From: Chromatiaceae bacterium
GTDB taxonomy: Bacteria; Pseudomonadota; Gammaproteobacteria; Enterobacterales; Alteromonadaceae
DNA length: 64,000 nt
Direction: 5' to 3'
Assembly: GCA_033838465.1 (NCBI GenBank)
Contig: JAJLKZ010000005.1
Location: 242,129 to 306,128 of the forward strand
In this document: positions 9,234-16,536 of the stretch, piece by piece
Position numbering within the stretch: the stretch's first letter is position 1
Layout: the number at the start of each line of letters is the position of its first letter
The notes under the pieces: generated by a model
The model's input: only the letters and a program-made list of their open reading frames with translations
Databases searched by the model: none
Told to the model about the DNA's origin: nothing
Program-made: the position numbers and the translations under genes

Positions 9234-9319
9234 CAATTTTGCGCAAAATGGCTGGCTTCGTGTAGCTTAGACCGATCTGTTGCGCTTACACAGAATAATA
9301 AAACCTCCGGGGAGCGGGT

Positions 9320-10786
9320 ATGAAACAACCTAAGTTATCTTTCTGGCAAATTTGGAACCTCAGCTTCGGCTTTTTAGGGGTGCAAATTGGCTTTGCCTTA
9401 CAAAACGGCAACGTCAGCCGTATTTTGTCCGATCTGGGCGCCGATTTATCTTCACTGTCGTTGTTCTGGCTGGCGGCGCCGATTATGGGCTTGCTGGTAC
9501 AGCCGATTGTCGGCGCTGCGTCCGACCGCACCTGGAATAAACTGGGCCGCCGCTTACCCTTTATGCTGGGTGGTGCCATTGTTGCCGCTGCGGCTATGGT
9601 GCTGCTGCCTAACTCGTCAATGGTGGTGGCCTTTATTCCGCCGATGCTGTTTGGCTTATTAATTTTCGCTATTAAAGATGCCGCCTTTAACGTTACCTTT
9701 CAGCCGTTTCGATCGCTAGTATCCGACATGGTACCGCCCGAGCAGCGTAACCTGGGTTATTCAGTACAAACCTTGCTGATTAACATTGGTGCCGTGTTTG
9801 GCTCTATACTGCCATTCGTGCTGACCAACGTCGTCGGGCTGGATAACGCCTCTAAAGCCGGTGAAGTGGCACCCTCCGTAGTATGGGCGTTTTATATCGG
9901 TGCTACGGTATTGCTGGGCAGCGTGCTGTGGACCGTATTTCGCACTAAAGAGTATGCCCCAGAGCAATACTACGCCTACAAAGGCCTGGACAGCGACGCG
10001 CAGGCACTGGCCGAACAGGTGCGTAAATCACGCAGCCTGGGCGAGAAGCTAAGCGATTTTTGGCAAACCATGCTGGGTATGCCAAAGATTATGCAGCAGC
10101 TGGCGCTGGTGCAGTTTTTCAGCTGGTTCGCGCTGTTTATTATGTGGACTTACTTTCCGGCGGCCATTGCACAAAACACCTGGGGTGTTGGTGTGGAGTG
10201 GTATAACGGCGATTACATTAACCAGATGAGTGGCGTACCGGCGCATATCGCCGCAGCCAAAGGCGCCGCCGGAGACTGGGTCGGTATTTTATACGCCGGT
10301 TACTCACTGTTTGCGGTGCTATTTTCCTTGGTAATGGCGAAGCTGGCCAACCTGTTTGGCCGCAAGTTTGTCTATTCATTCTCGTTACTGGCCGGTGGTT
10401 TGGGTTACCTAAGTTTTGCCTTGTTTACCGATCCAACCATGACCCACGTAAACCTACTGATTACCCAAGTAGAAATTCCGCAAGGGGCACTGGGGCTGAT
10501 GATCCCGATGATCGGTGTCGGTATTGCCTGGGCGGCTATTCTGGCCATGCCGTACGCCATATTGGCTGGCGCCTTACCGCCGGAGAAAACCGGTGTCTAT
10601 ATGGGTATTTTCAACTTTACCATTGCCGCACCGCAGATTGTCTCAGGTTTAATTGCCGGCTGGATCCTAGGTTCAGTATTCGACAACCATGCTGTATATA
10701 TTGTTATGCTGGCCGGCGCCGCGATGGTGCTGGGTGCGCTGTCGGTATGGCTGGTTAAAGAGCAGGAAGTCACCGCGACTGAGTAA
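9320..10786 (+). CDS. sugar MFS transporter (SLC45/GPH-like, probable maltose/maltodextrin importer)
   Basis: 12-TM profile and the DRTWNKLGRRLPFML motif typical of sucrose/maltose-type H+ symporters. GGAG SD. Sits among GH13 genes. Confidence 0.8.
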   Translation: MKQPKLSFWQIWNLSFGFLGVQIGFALQNGNVSRILSDLGADLSSLSLFWLAAPIMGLLVQPIVGAASDRTWNKLGRRLPFMLGGAIVAAAAMVLLPNSSMVVAFIPPMLFGLLIFAIKDAAFNVTFQPFRSLVSDMVPPEQRNLGYSVQTLLINIGAVFGSILPFVLTNVVGLDNASKAGEVAPSVVWAFYIGATVLLGSVLWTVFRTKEYAPEQYYAYKGLDSDAQALAEQVRKSRSLGEKLSDFWQTMLGMPKIMQQLALVQFFSWFALFIMWTYFPAAIAQNTWGVGVEWYNGDYINQMSGVPAHIAAAKGAAGDWVGILYAGYSLFAVLFSLVMAKLANLFGRKFVYSFSLLAGGLGYLSFALFTDPTMTHVNLLITQVEIPQGALGLMIPMIGVGIAWAAILAMPYAILAGALPPEKTGVYMGIFNFTIAAPQIVSGLIAGWILGSVFDNHAVYIVMLAGAAMVLGALSVWLVKEQEVTATE

Positions 10787-10802
10787 ACCAACGGTAACAA
10801 GA

Positions 10803-10826
10803 CAAAGGCGCCATAGGGCGCCTTTG
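10803..10826. terminator. hairpin terminator between convergent genes
   Basis: CAAAGGCGCC-ATAG-GGCGCCTTTG, a perfect 10-bp stem. Confidence 0.55.
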
Positions 10827-10859
10827 TGACTTAATGCGCTAAGTTAATGCTGAAAGACA

Positions 10860-11624
10860 CTAAAAAAACCGGCTCCAGGCTAAAAAGGCAGACACGCCGC
10901 TGTCGCGGTCGGTTAGCGGGCTGTTGGCGATGTTGTTGTCATACCAATGATACTCAACACCCAGCCTTGTCATGCCGCCAAAAAACACCGGTGTACTAAG
11001 GGCAAGGCCGGTGTGGTAGTTTACCGCTGCACCGGCTCGGTAAGCTGGCCTGTCGGCCGTGGCTTCGCTTTGGCGCACGCCGTAATAGTAATCTACCAGC
11101 TTGCTGGATGAGTAACTTACGCCCACTTCCGGGCTAACCTGCAAGGGGCCAAAGCGCAGGCCGTAGCTGAATTTAAGCTTGGCTTCCTGGCCGTTGGAGT
11201 TACCCAGCACATCGCTTAGCACTTCGGTATCCAGTGTCCAGTTATCTATGCGGTATTGCAGGCCAAGGCCGGCATCCAGCGAGCTTTTGCGCTTCATACC
11301 CACAAACACATCACTGTCGCCGTCGTCATAACCGGCAAAACGTGGTGCCAGTTTAGCGCTTAGGCTAACGTCATTCGCTTTGGCCAGCTCGTAGCTAACA
11401 AAAGGGCCGTATACCGACAGCTTCTCGCCGCGATACCCTACCAGCGGCAAGGGGATTACCCGGCGTTTATAGCCGCGGTAAATCTCCTGGTTTACCCCAA
11501 CGCCCACGCCATACAAAAAGCCCTGCGGCGGCTCGGCGCTGCGATTTTGTTGGGCAGTGGCTGTTGTGCTTGCAAGAATCAGGCTACAAACAGCAACAAG
11601 TGCGAGGGGGCGTAACACAGACAT
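10860..11624 (-). CDS. MipA/OmpV-family outer-membrane protein (second paralog)
   Basis: Signal peptide, YYYGV motif, beta-barrel-like alternation, C-terminal aromatic residue (WSRFF). AGGGAA SD before ATG 11624. Confidence 0.75.
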   Translation of the reverse strand: MSVLRPLALVAVCSLILASTTATAQQNRSAEPPQGFLYGVGVGVNQEIYRGYKRRVIPLPLVGYRGEKLSVYGPFVSYELAKANDVSLSAKLAPRFAGYDDGDSDVFVGMKRKSSLDAGLGLQYRIDNWTLDTEVLSDVLGNSNGQEAKLKFSYGLRFGPLQVSPEVGVSYSSSKLVDYYYGVRQSEATADRPAYRAGAAVNYHTGLALSTPVFFGGMTRLGVEYHWYDNNIANSPLTDRDSGVSAFLAWSRFF

Positions 11625-11704
11625 AAGGTTCCCTTTATTCAGTCAGATCTGGGCACAACTGTGCCATGGCAATAGCTTCATTACTGTGACAAAAGGTAAA
11701 CCGA

Positions 11705-12076
11705 TCAGTTAAGTGCATGCTGCGAGATATGTTTAGAGATCTCGACAATGGCGGTTTTACCGCTAAATTCAAAGCGCACTTTACCCAGCGATGAAAAGTA
11801 CAGCTCCAGCTCTGAGTCCAAATCAAAGGTACCGGAGGTTTCTACCGAATAGGCAACGATGTTTCTATACGGCATTGAGGTGAAGTCTTTTTTGCTGCCG
11901 GTTAAGCCCTGCACATTAACGGCAATAATGCGTTTATTGGTAAATACCACGCCATCACGCAGTGAGCTGTAACTGTCGATAACCTGCTCGTCTGGCAATA
12001 ACAGCGGCGCTACTTTGTCGGCATAGTCGGGGTTTTGTTTTAGTTTAAACACGGTTTTGTTATCAAAGTCGATCAT
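11705..12076 (-). CDS. YokE-like bacterial PH-domain protein
   Basis: 123 aa. The pattern DGVVFTNKRIIAVNVQGLTG...YRNIVAYSVETSG...LELYF matches the bPH (YokE-type) fold as I remember it. ATG is 2 nt after the ParE stop, with AAGGAA SD inside the toxin 3' end. Confidence 0.6.
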   Translation of the reverse strand: MIDFDNKTVFKLKQNPDYADKVAPLLLPDEQVIDSYSSLRDGVVFTNKRIIAVNVQGLTGSKKDFTSMPYRNIVAYSVETSGTFDLDSELELYFSSLGKVRFEFSGKTAIVEISKHISQHALN

Positions 12077-12078
12077 GG

Positions 12079-12384
12079 CTATTCCTTGTGCAGTGTTTCG
12101 GGTAAGTGTAGCAAGCGTTCACTGCGCCAGACGCGGATTAGGCTGATGCAATCGGTGTCACGCAAATACACCACACGAAATGGCTGCAGGATAATTTCAC
12201 GTATATTTGGCTGGTTAAACTCCGGCACCATCCGGCCGGAATCCGGGTGTTCTGTCAGGCGTTGTGCGCTGGCGATAATATTGCTAACAAAGCGTTGGCC
12301 AATTTGTGGCACACCTTGCTCCAGATACCAGGCTTTTATCGCCAGCAAATCTGACAATGCAGATTGTGCAAGCTCTAAGCGCAC
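12079..12384 (-). CDS. type II toxin, RelE/ParE family
   Basis: 101 aa. Core L.EHPDSGR.VPE....IREI...PFRVVY typical of ParE_toxin. GTG start directly abuts the antitoxin stop. Confidence 0.8.
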   Translation of the reverse strand: MRLELAQSALSDLLAIKAWYLEQGVPQIGQRFVSNIIASAQRLTEHPDSGRMVPEFNQPNIREIILQPFRVVYLRDTDCISLIRVWRSERLLHLPETLHKE

Positions 12385-12654
12385 TTAGCTAATACCCAAC
12401 AGCTGTTTTGCCTGTTCTGCACTTAATGTATTGCCGTTACGAATATCCGCCAGTCCGGCCGCTACGGCCTTAACAAAACGCAATTCTTCAGCGGTGCTCT
12501 CATAATCTTCTAATGCTTGTACCACCGCCACGCCCCGGCCACGGCTGGTTAATAGCACCGGCCGGTGGGTTGTGTTGGTTTGTGTAACCACCTTGCCGGG
12601 GTTTATTTTTAAATCCGACAATGGCACCACATCTTCAGAAAATTTGGTTTGCAT
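12385..12654 (-). CDS. type II antitoxin, Phd/YefM family
   Basis: 89 aa. The N-terminal VPLSDLK....VV.....HRPVLLTSRGRGVAVVQALEDYE motif is typical of Phd/YefM. Confidence 0.8.
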   Translation of the reverse strand: MQTKFSEDVVPLSDLKINPGKVVTQTNTTHRPVLLTSRGRGVAVVQALEDYESTAEELRFVKAVAAGLADIRNGNTLSAEQAKQLLGIS

Positions 12655-12688
12655 ACTCAGCTCCTGCTGTGAACAGTAGCCATTAATA

Positions 12689-12706
12689 GCACCTGTTAAC
12701 AGGTGC
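12689..12706. promoter_or_regulatory. perfect 18-bp palindrome GCACCTGTTAACAGGTGC, candidate operator of TA module 1
   Basis: Read directly, about 35 nt upstream of ATG 12654. Type II TA operons are classically autorepressed at palindromes overlapping their promoter. Confidence 0.55.
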
Positions 12707-12804
12707 CGTCAAGAAGGGGCGACTGCCGGGTTCTTTTAACGCCTAGCGCATGTGTGTGAACCCGTGAGCGTCGCAGAGGCCGATGGCTCGGATTGACGCA
12801 ATTG

Positions 12805-13107
12805 TTAGCTGTTTCCAAGCATAAACGCACGAAGCTGTCGCTCTTCCCGCATAACAAATAGCACAAATACCCGCTGTGCTTCCTGACGATAAAAAATGCG
12901 ACAGGGCGGCACCACCACTTCCCGATATACCGAATCAGGTAGCTCAGGCGGTATGCGCCCGGAGGCGGGGAAATGCTCCAAACGTCCTATCTTGTTGAAA
13001 ACGTCTTGCACCAGATTGCGTGCGGCAGCGGGCTTATCCAAAGCAATGTATTCCGCAATGGCGTCTAATTGTTGCAGCGCTGGCTCAGTCCAGATTACTT
13101 CAGCCAT
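12805..13107 (-). CDS. type II toxin, RelE/ParE family (second, divergent copy)
   Basis: 100 aa with L.HFPASGRIPPE....YREVVVPPCRIFY. Overlaps the upstream antitoxin by 13 nt. Confidence 0.8.
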   Translation of the reverse strand: MAEVIWTEPALQQLDAIAEYIALDKPAAARNLVQDVFNKIGRLEHFPASGRIPPELPDSVYREVVVPPCRIFYRQEAQRVFVLFVMREERQLRAFMLGNS

Positions 13108-13352
13108 TTACGCATTTTCTCTTGCGCTTCAGTTTGGCTATATGTTTTGGCTTCAAGTACCGCACGCTCGCCACGCGCTAGCCCTTCAAGCAGCGCCAGG
13201 CGACGCTGCATAAATTCATAATCCTGTACGTCAACCAGGTAGGCCGACGGCTGGCCATGCTCTGTAATCAGCACCGGCTCTTTTGACGCGTGCAAATCGG
13301 CCAGAATTTTGGTCGCCTGACGTTTTAGGTTAGTCACTAGCTCAACTTTCAT
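13095..13352 (-). CDS. type II antitoxin, Phd/YefM family (second copy)
   Basis: Motif KEPVLITEHGQPSAYLVDVQDYE. I prefer ATG 13352 (GGGTGA SD) over the ORF-track TTG at 13370. Confidence 0.8.
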   Translation of the reverse strand: MKVELVTNLKRQATKILADLHASKEPVLITEHGQPSAYLVDVQDYEFMQRRLALLEGLARGERAVLEAKTYSQTEAQEKMRKWLK

Positions 13353-13376
13353 AGGCTCACCCTGTTTCAAACACAG

Positions 13377-13396
13377 AGTGACACTATAGTGTCACT
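13377..13396. promoter_or_regulatory. perfect 20-bp palindrome AGTGACACTATAGTGTCACT, candidate operator of TA module 2
   Basis: All 10 pairs verified base by base. It lies 25 nt upstream of ATG 13352. Confidence 0.6.
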
Positions 13397-13458
13397 TCGT
13401 GGGCAAAGCAATTTGACCTAACTTTGACTTAAATGGCGGCATGAAATGCCGTCCAGTT

Positions 13459-13977
13459 TCAAGTTTTTGTTAAATTGGATTCAATAGTCTTTTTTAAGAT
13501 TGTTTGAATCTGTTCAATAGTTAACGAATTACAAAGCCAACAATATGAAATCTCTTCTGTAATCAACAAACTTTTATTCGTTGGTTCGAGAGATATGACT
13601 AATTCATCGTATTTATAATAATCTCGCTCAGATTTATTAATCCATGCACCCATTTGAATGTTCGAGCTTTGAGAGTTGTCTTCATGTATAACTCTAATTT
13701 GACGCTTAATTGTTGGAACCTCACAGTAATAAATCGGATTTCCATCTTCTTCATTACTTATATTTGAAAACTCATGGTACGGGATAAATGGCTTATGAAG
13801 CGTATAATCAAATGAGGTGTTAATATTTAGTTTATTATATAGTCTTTTTTTAATTTCATGCTCTGTACCTCTATTTATCAGGATTTCAAGCATGAATTTA
13901 TACCAAAATGTTCTTAACTCATACAAAGATGAAGCGATATCATCAACGAGAGGATAATCGAAATTCTTAATCTTCAA
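13459..13977 (-). CDS. hypothetical protein, 172 aa, aromatic-rich, no recognisable motif (AT-rich cassette, gene 2)
   Basis: Long ORF in AT-rich DNA, where random ORFs are rare. TTG start at 13977 preceded by GAGGA-N7 and overlapping the upstream ORF by 11 nt. No signal peptide or TM segment. Confidence 0.6.
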   Translation of the reverse strand: MKIKNFDYPLVDDIASSLYELRTFWYKFMLEILINRGTEHEIKKRLYNKLNINTSFDYTLHKPFIPYHEFSNISNEEDGNPIYYCEVPTIKRQIRVIHEDNSQSSNIQMGAWINKSERDYYKYDELVISLEPTNKSLLITEEISYCWLCNSLTIEQIQTILKKTIESNLTKT

Positions 13978-14314
13978 ATGCAGTTCCTCGTCTGACCTCT
14001 ATATCAACACGCTCAGAACGTGTATTTTTCACTCGATATGTTTTACTAACTTGAGCTGATACACCGGTTGTTTTTGGCGAGTTATTTATATATTTTTCGA
14101 CTTTATCAAACTCATTAGTTCTTAAGTTTAGATCATGTTTTTTTAACTTCGCTTTTAGCGAAGATAATAAACAAATACCTGATCTTTTATCGAAGCGTTG
14201 ATCTGTACTCCAACTTTCAGATTCTTCCAAGGCTTCGCCTTGTGCTTGTATTCTACCGCGATTCTTCATATTCAATTTAACAATATTATTAGAAGGCAAA
14301 ATCCCTGCTTTCAC
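13967..14314 (-). CDS. hypothetical small basic protein, 115 aa, no recognisable motif (AT-rich cassette, gene 1)
   Basis: GTG start at 14314 preceded by AAGGGAGA-N8. My hand count gives 23 K/R against 15 D/E. Same strand as the 172-aa ORF and overlaps it. Confidence 0.55.
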   Translation of the reverse strand: MKAGILPSNNIVKLNMKNRGRIQAQGEALEESESWSTDQRFDKRSGICLLSSLKAKLKKHDLNLRTNEFDKVEKYINNSPKTTGVSAQVSKTYRVKNTRSERVDIEVRRGTAFED

Positions 14315-14567
14315 CGCGGGATTCTCCCTTCTATGCTGTTTTTACATTCCGCTAAACTAACCAACATTTTTCACTAAATCAAATACATATTACCTAAGCA
14401 GCTTTTGCGTGCTGCGTGAAAGCGGTGTGTAAGCTTGCAATTAACTTATTAACAAAAATAGCACTGTTGCACAGTGGTTTATACAGTATTTGTGTGCAGT
14501 GTTGTGGCTAAATAATAACAGGGCTTTTAGAAATCACAGCAGCTGACGCCGCTGTGGTTGTTTAATT

Positions 14568-16466
14568 CTAACGAATATCCAGCACCAAGGTGCCGCGGGC
14601 TGGCACGGTAAGTTGTTTATCCAGCTTAATACTGTTGCCGGTAATAACCTCAGTGGCGGTTTTGCCTGGTGGCAGCACTTCATTAAAACGGGCTAAGTCC
14701 AGCGTTACCGGCTGGTGTTGTTTATTCATTACCACCATCACCGTTTGCTGGTTATTGTAACGAAAGTAAGTATAGGTGCCGTTATCGGGGGCGAAGTGCA
14801 TTAGCTTGCCGCTGTGAATAGCGCTGGCGGTTTTGCGCCAGTTTAGTAAGGCTTTTACCAGCTGCTGCGTGCTTTGCTGGGTGGAGTTTAAGCCCTGGCC
14901 GGTAAAGGCGTTGACCTTATCGCCGGCCCAGCCGCCGGGAAAATCGGCACGTACTTTGCCATCGTCGCGCACTTTTGGGCTTTGCATGGCAATTTCAGTG
15001 CCGTAAAGCAGCTGTGGTATACCGCGCATGGTGGCCAGGTAGCTGATGGCCATACGGTATAAATCCATATCCTCATTTAACAAAGAGAAAATACGCGCCG
15101 TGTCGTGGTTGCCTTCAAAAATCACCAGGTTAAACGGGTCGGCATAGACATGGTCGTTGCTGAGCATTTCGTATAAGCCGATCCAGCCGCCGTTCCAGCT
15201 TTCCTCTGTGATTAAGGCTTTTAGCAGGGTGTCGTACAGCGGGAAGTCCAGCATGCTGGGCGTGTGCGACACATAGCCATCTTTATTTTGCTTGCCGCGC
15301 TGCCAGTACGACACAATCAGCGGGTTGGGGCTCCACTCTTCGCCGACAATATTAAAATTGGGGTACTCCAGCATCAGCCGGCGTGCCCATTCGGTTAAAA
15401 AGGCTTTGTCGGCATAGCTGTAGGTATCTTCGCGGATGCCTGACAGGTTGGCATATTCCACCCACCAGATGCTGTTTTGGATAAGGTAGGTGGCTAAAAG
15501 TGGATGGCGCTGGTTTAAATCGGGCATGGTGTCGACAAACCAGCCATCGGTAAATTGCGCCGTATCGACCTTACTGGCGTACGGATCCTGAATGGTGCTG
15601 CGGTTATGGTTGGTGCCAACAAACGCCGCGCCGGTTAAAAAAGCCTGATTATTCAGCCAATTGGTGTCTGGCAAGTCGTTTAGCCACCAGTGCTGATGGC
15701 CAATATGGTTAACAATAATATCCTGAATAACCTTAATACCCAGCTTATTGGCCTTAGCCACCAGCTCGCGGTATTGCGTATTGCTGCCAAAGCGCGGATC
15801 TACTTTGTATAAGTCGGTGGCGGCATAGCCGTGGTAGGAATAGGCGCTTTGGTTGTTTTCGGTCAGCGGCGTCGGCCACATGGCGGTAAACCCCATGTCG
15901 GCCAAATAGGGCAGCGCTTTGGCCATGCCGGCCAAATCACCACCGTGACGGCCGCTGTCATCACTGCGGTTAGCAGGCTCGAGCATGCCGGGCAGGGTGT
16001 CGTTAGTCGGGTCACCGTTGGCAAAGCGATCGGGTGTAAGCAGGTAAATCACATCAGAGGGGTTAAAGCCTTCACGCTGCGCCGAGCCAGGGCGGCGCGT
16101 TAACAGCGGGTAGGCCAGCGTCTGCTGGCTATCGGCGCAGTTAAGCTGAAGCGGTAAGTCGCCGGGGGCAATATCGGCAGCCAGCGTCAGGTTAATAAAC
16201 AGGTAATTTGGGTTAGCGGTAGTATTGGTGCTGCTAAGTGTGGCGCCTTTATAATCCAGGCTAACGTTGCACTGTGCCAGCTTATCGCCGTGTAGCATCA
16301 GTTGCAGCTGCGGGTGTTGCATACCGGCCCACCAGTTAGCCGGCTCTATGCGTTTAACCGTTTGTGCTGCAGCCGTGCAGCCAAAGAGCAAGGCAGTGCA
16401 GGCATATGCCAGTTGGCGTATAAAGGCATAAAGGCGGGCGTTCGGCATAGGGTTCTCCTGCATCAA
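14568..16466 (-). CDS. GH13 cyclomaltodextrinase / alpha-amylase-like secreted enzyme
   Basis: Signal peptide. GH13 regions DIIVNH, GIREDT, VGEEW, GNHD. The N-terminal extra domain is as in cyclomaltodextrinases. The start may be an internal Met (MPNARLY). Confidence 0.85.
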   Translation of the reverse strand: MMQENPMPNARLYAFIRQLAYACTALLFGCTAAAQTVKRIEPANWWAGMQHPQLQLMLHGDKLAQCNVSLDYKGATLSSTNTTANPNYLFINLTLAADIAPGDLPLQLNCADSQQTLAYPLLTRRPGSAQREGFNPSDVIYLLTPDRFANGDPTNDTLPGMLEPANRSDDSGRHGGDLAGMAKALPYLADMGFTAMWPTPLTENNQSAYSYHGYAATDLYKVDPRFGSNTQYRELVAKANKLGIKVIQDIIVNHIGHQHWWLNDLPDTNWLNNQAFLTGAAFVGTNHNRSTIQDPYASKVDTAQFTDGWFVDTMPDLNQRHPLLATYLIQNSIWWVEYANLSGIREDTYSYADKAFLTEWARRLMLEYPNFNIVGEEWSPNPLIVSYWQRGKQNKDGYVSHTPSMLDFPLYDTLLKALITEESWNGGWIGLYEMLSNDHVYADPFNLVIFEGNHDTARIFSLLNEDMDLYRMAISYLATMRGIPQLLYGTEIAMQSPKVRDDGKVRADFPGGWAGDKVNAFTGQGLNSTQQSTQQLVKALLNWRKTASAIHSGKLMHFAPDNGTYTYFRYNNQQTVMVVMNKQHQPVTLDLARFNEVLPPGKTATEVITGNSIKLDKQLTVPARGTLVLDIR

Positions 16467-16519
16467 GGGCAGGCTAAACCTTAGTCAGTGCGCGTTTTTA
16501 GTGCAAGAGGTGTGCAAGC

Positions 16520-16533
16520 TGCATACGTTTGCA
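16520..16533. promoter_or_regulatory. LacI-type operator candidate TGCATACGTTTGCA
   Basis: One-pair variant of the 14-bp palindrome, 54 nt upstream of the GH13 start at 16466. Confidence 0.5.
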
Positions 16534-16536
16534 ATG

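Noticed and set aside
9118-9246. N-terminal extensions given by the ORF track (GH13 to 9246, kdsD to 50371, yrbG to 51380, thioesterase to 28447, fumC-like to 37419, regulator to 3039)
   Set aside because: In each case an internal start gives a canonical N-terminus (lipobox or signal peptide, homolog-like first residues, SD at correct spacing, or TAATG coupling). The extensions are non-homologous and sometimes overlap neighbouring genes.
9286-9579. 97-aa minus-strand ORF overlapping the start of the MFS transporter
   Set aside because: It overlaps the well-supported transporter CDS and its SD, and has no motif. The region is better explained as a divergent promoter plus the transporter 5' end.
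12685-12697. AATAGCACCTGTT resembling AATAGCACTGTT at 14457-14468, considered as att-like direct repeats flanking part of the islet
   Set aside because: The match is only about 12 nt with an indel. One copy is simply part of the TA operator palindrome, so it is easily explained by chance.
13434-13454. Imperfect hairpin GGCGGCAT-GAA-ATGCCGTCC downstream of the 172-aa ORF, considered as its terminator
   Set aside because: The stem has a bulge and no U-tract follows on the minus strand. Read-through into TA module 2 cannot be excluded, so I did not call it a terminator.
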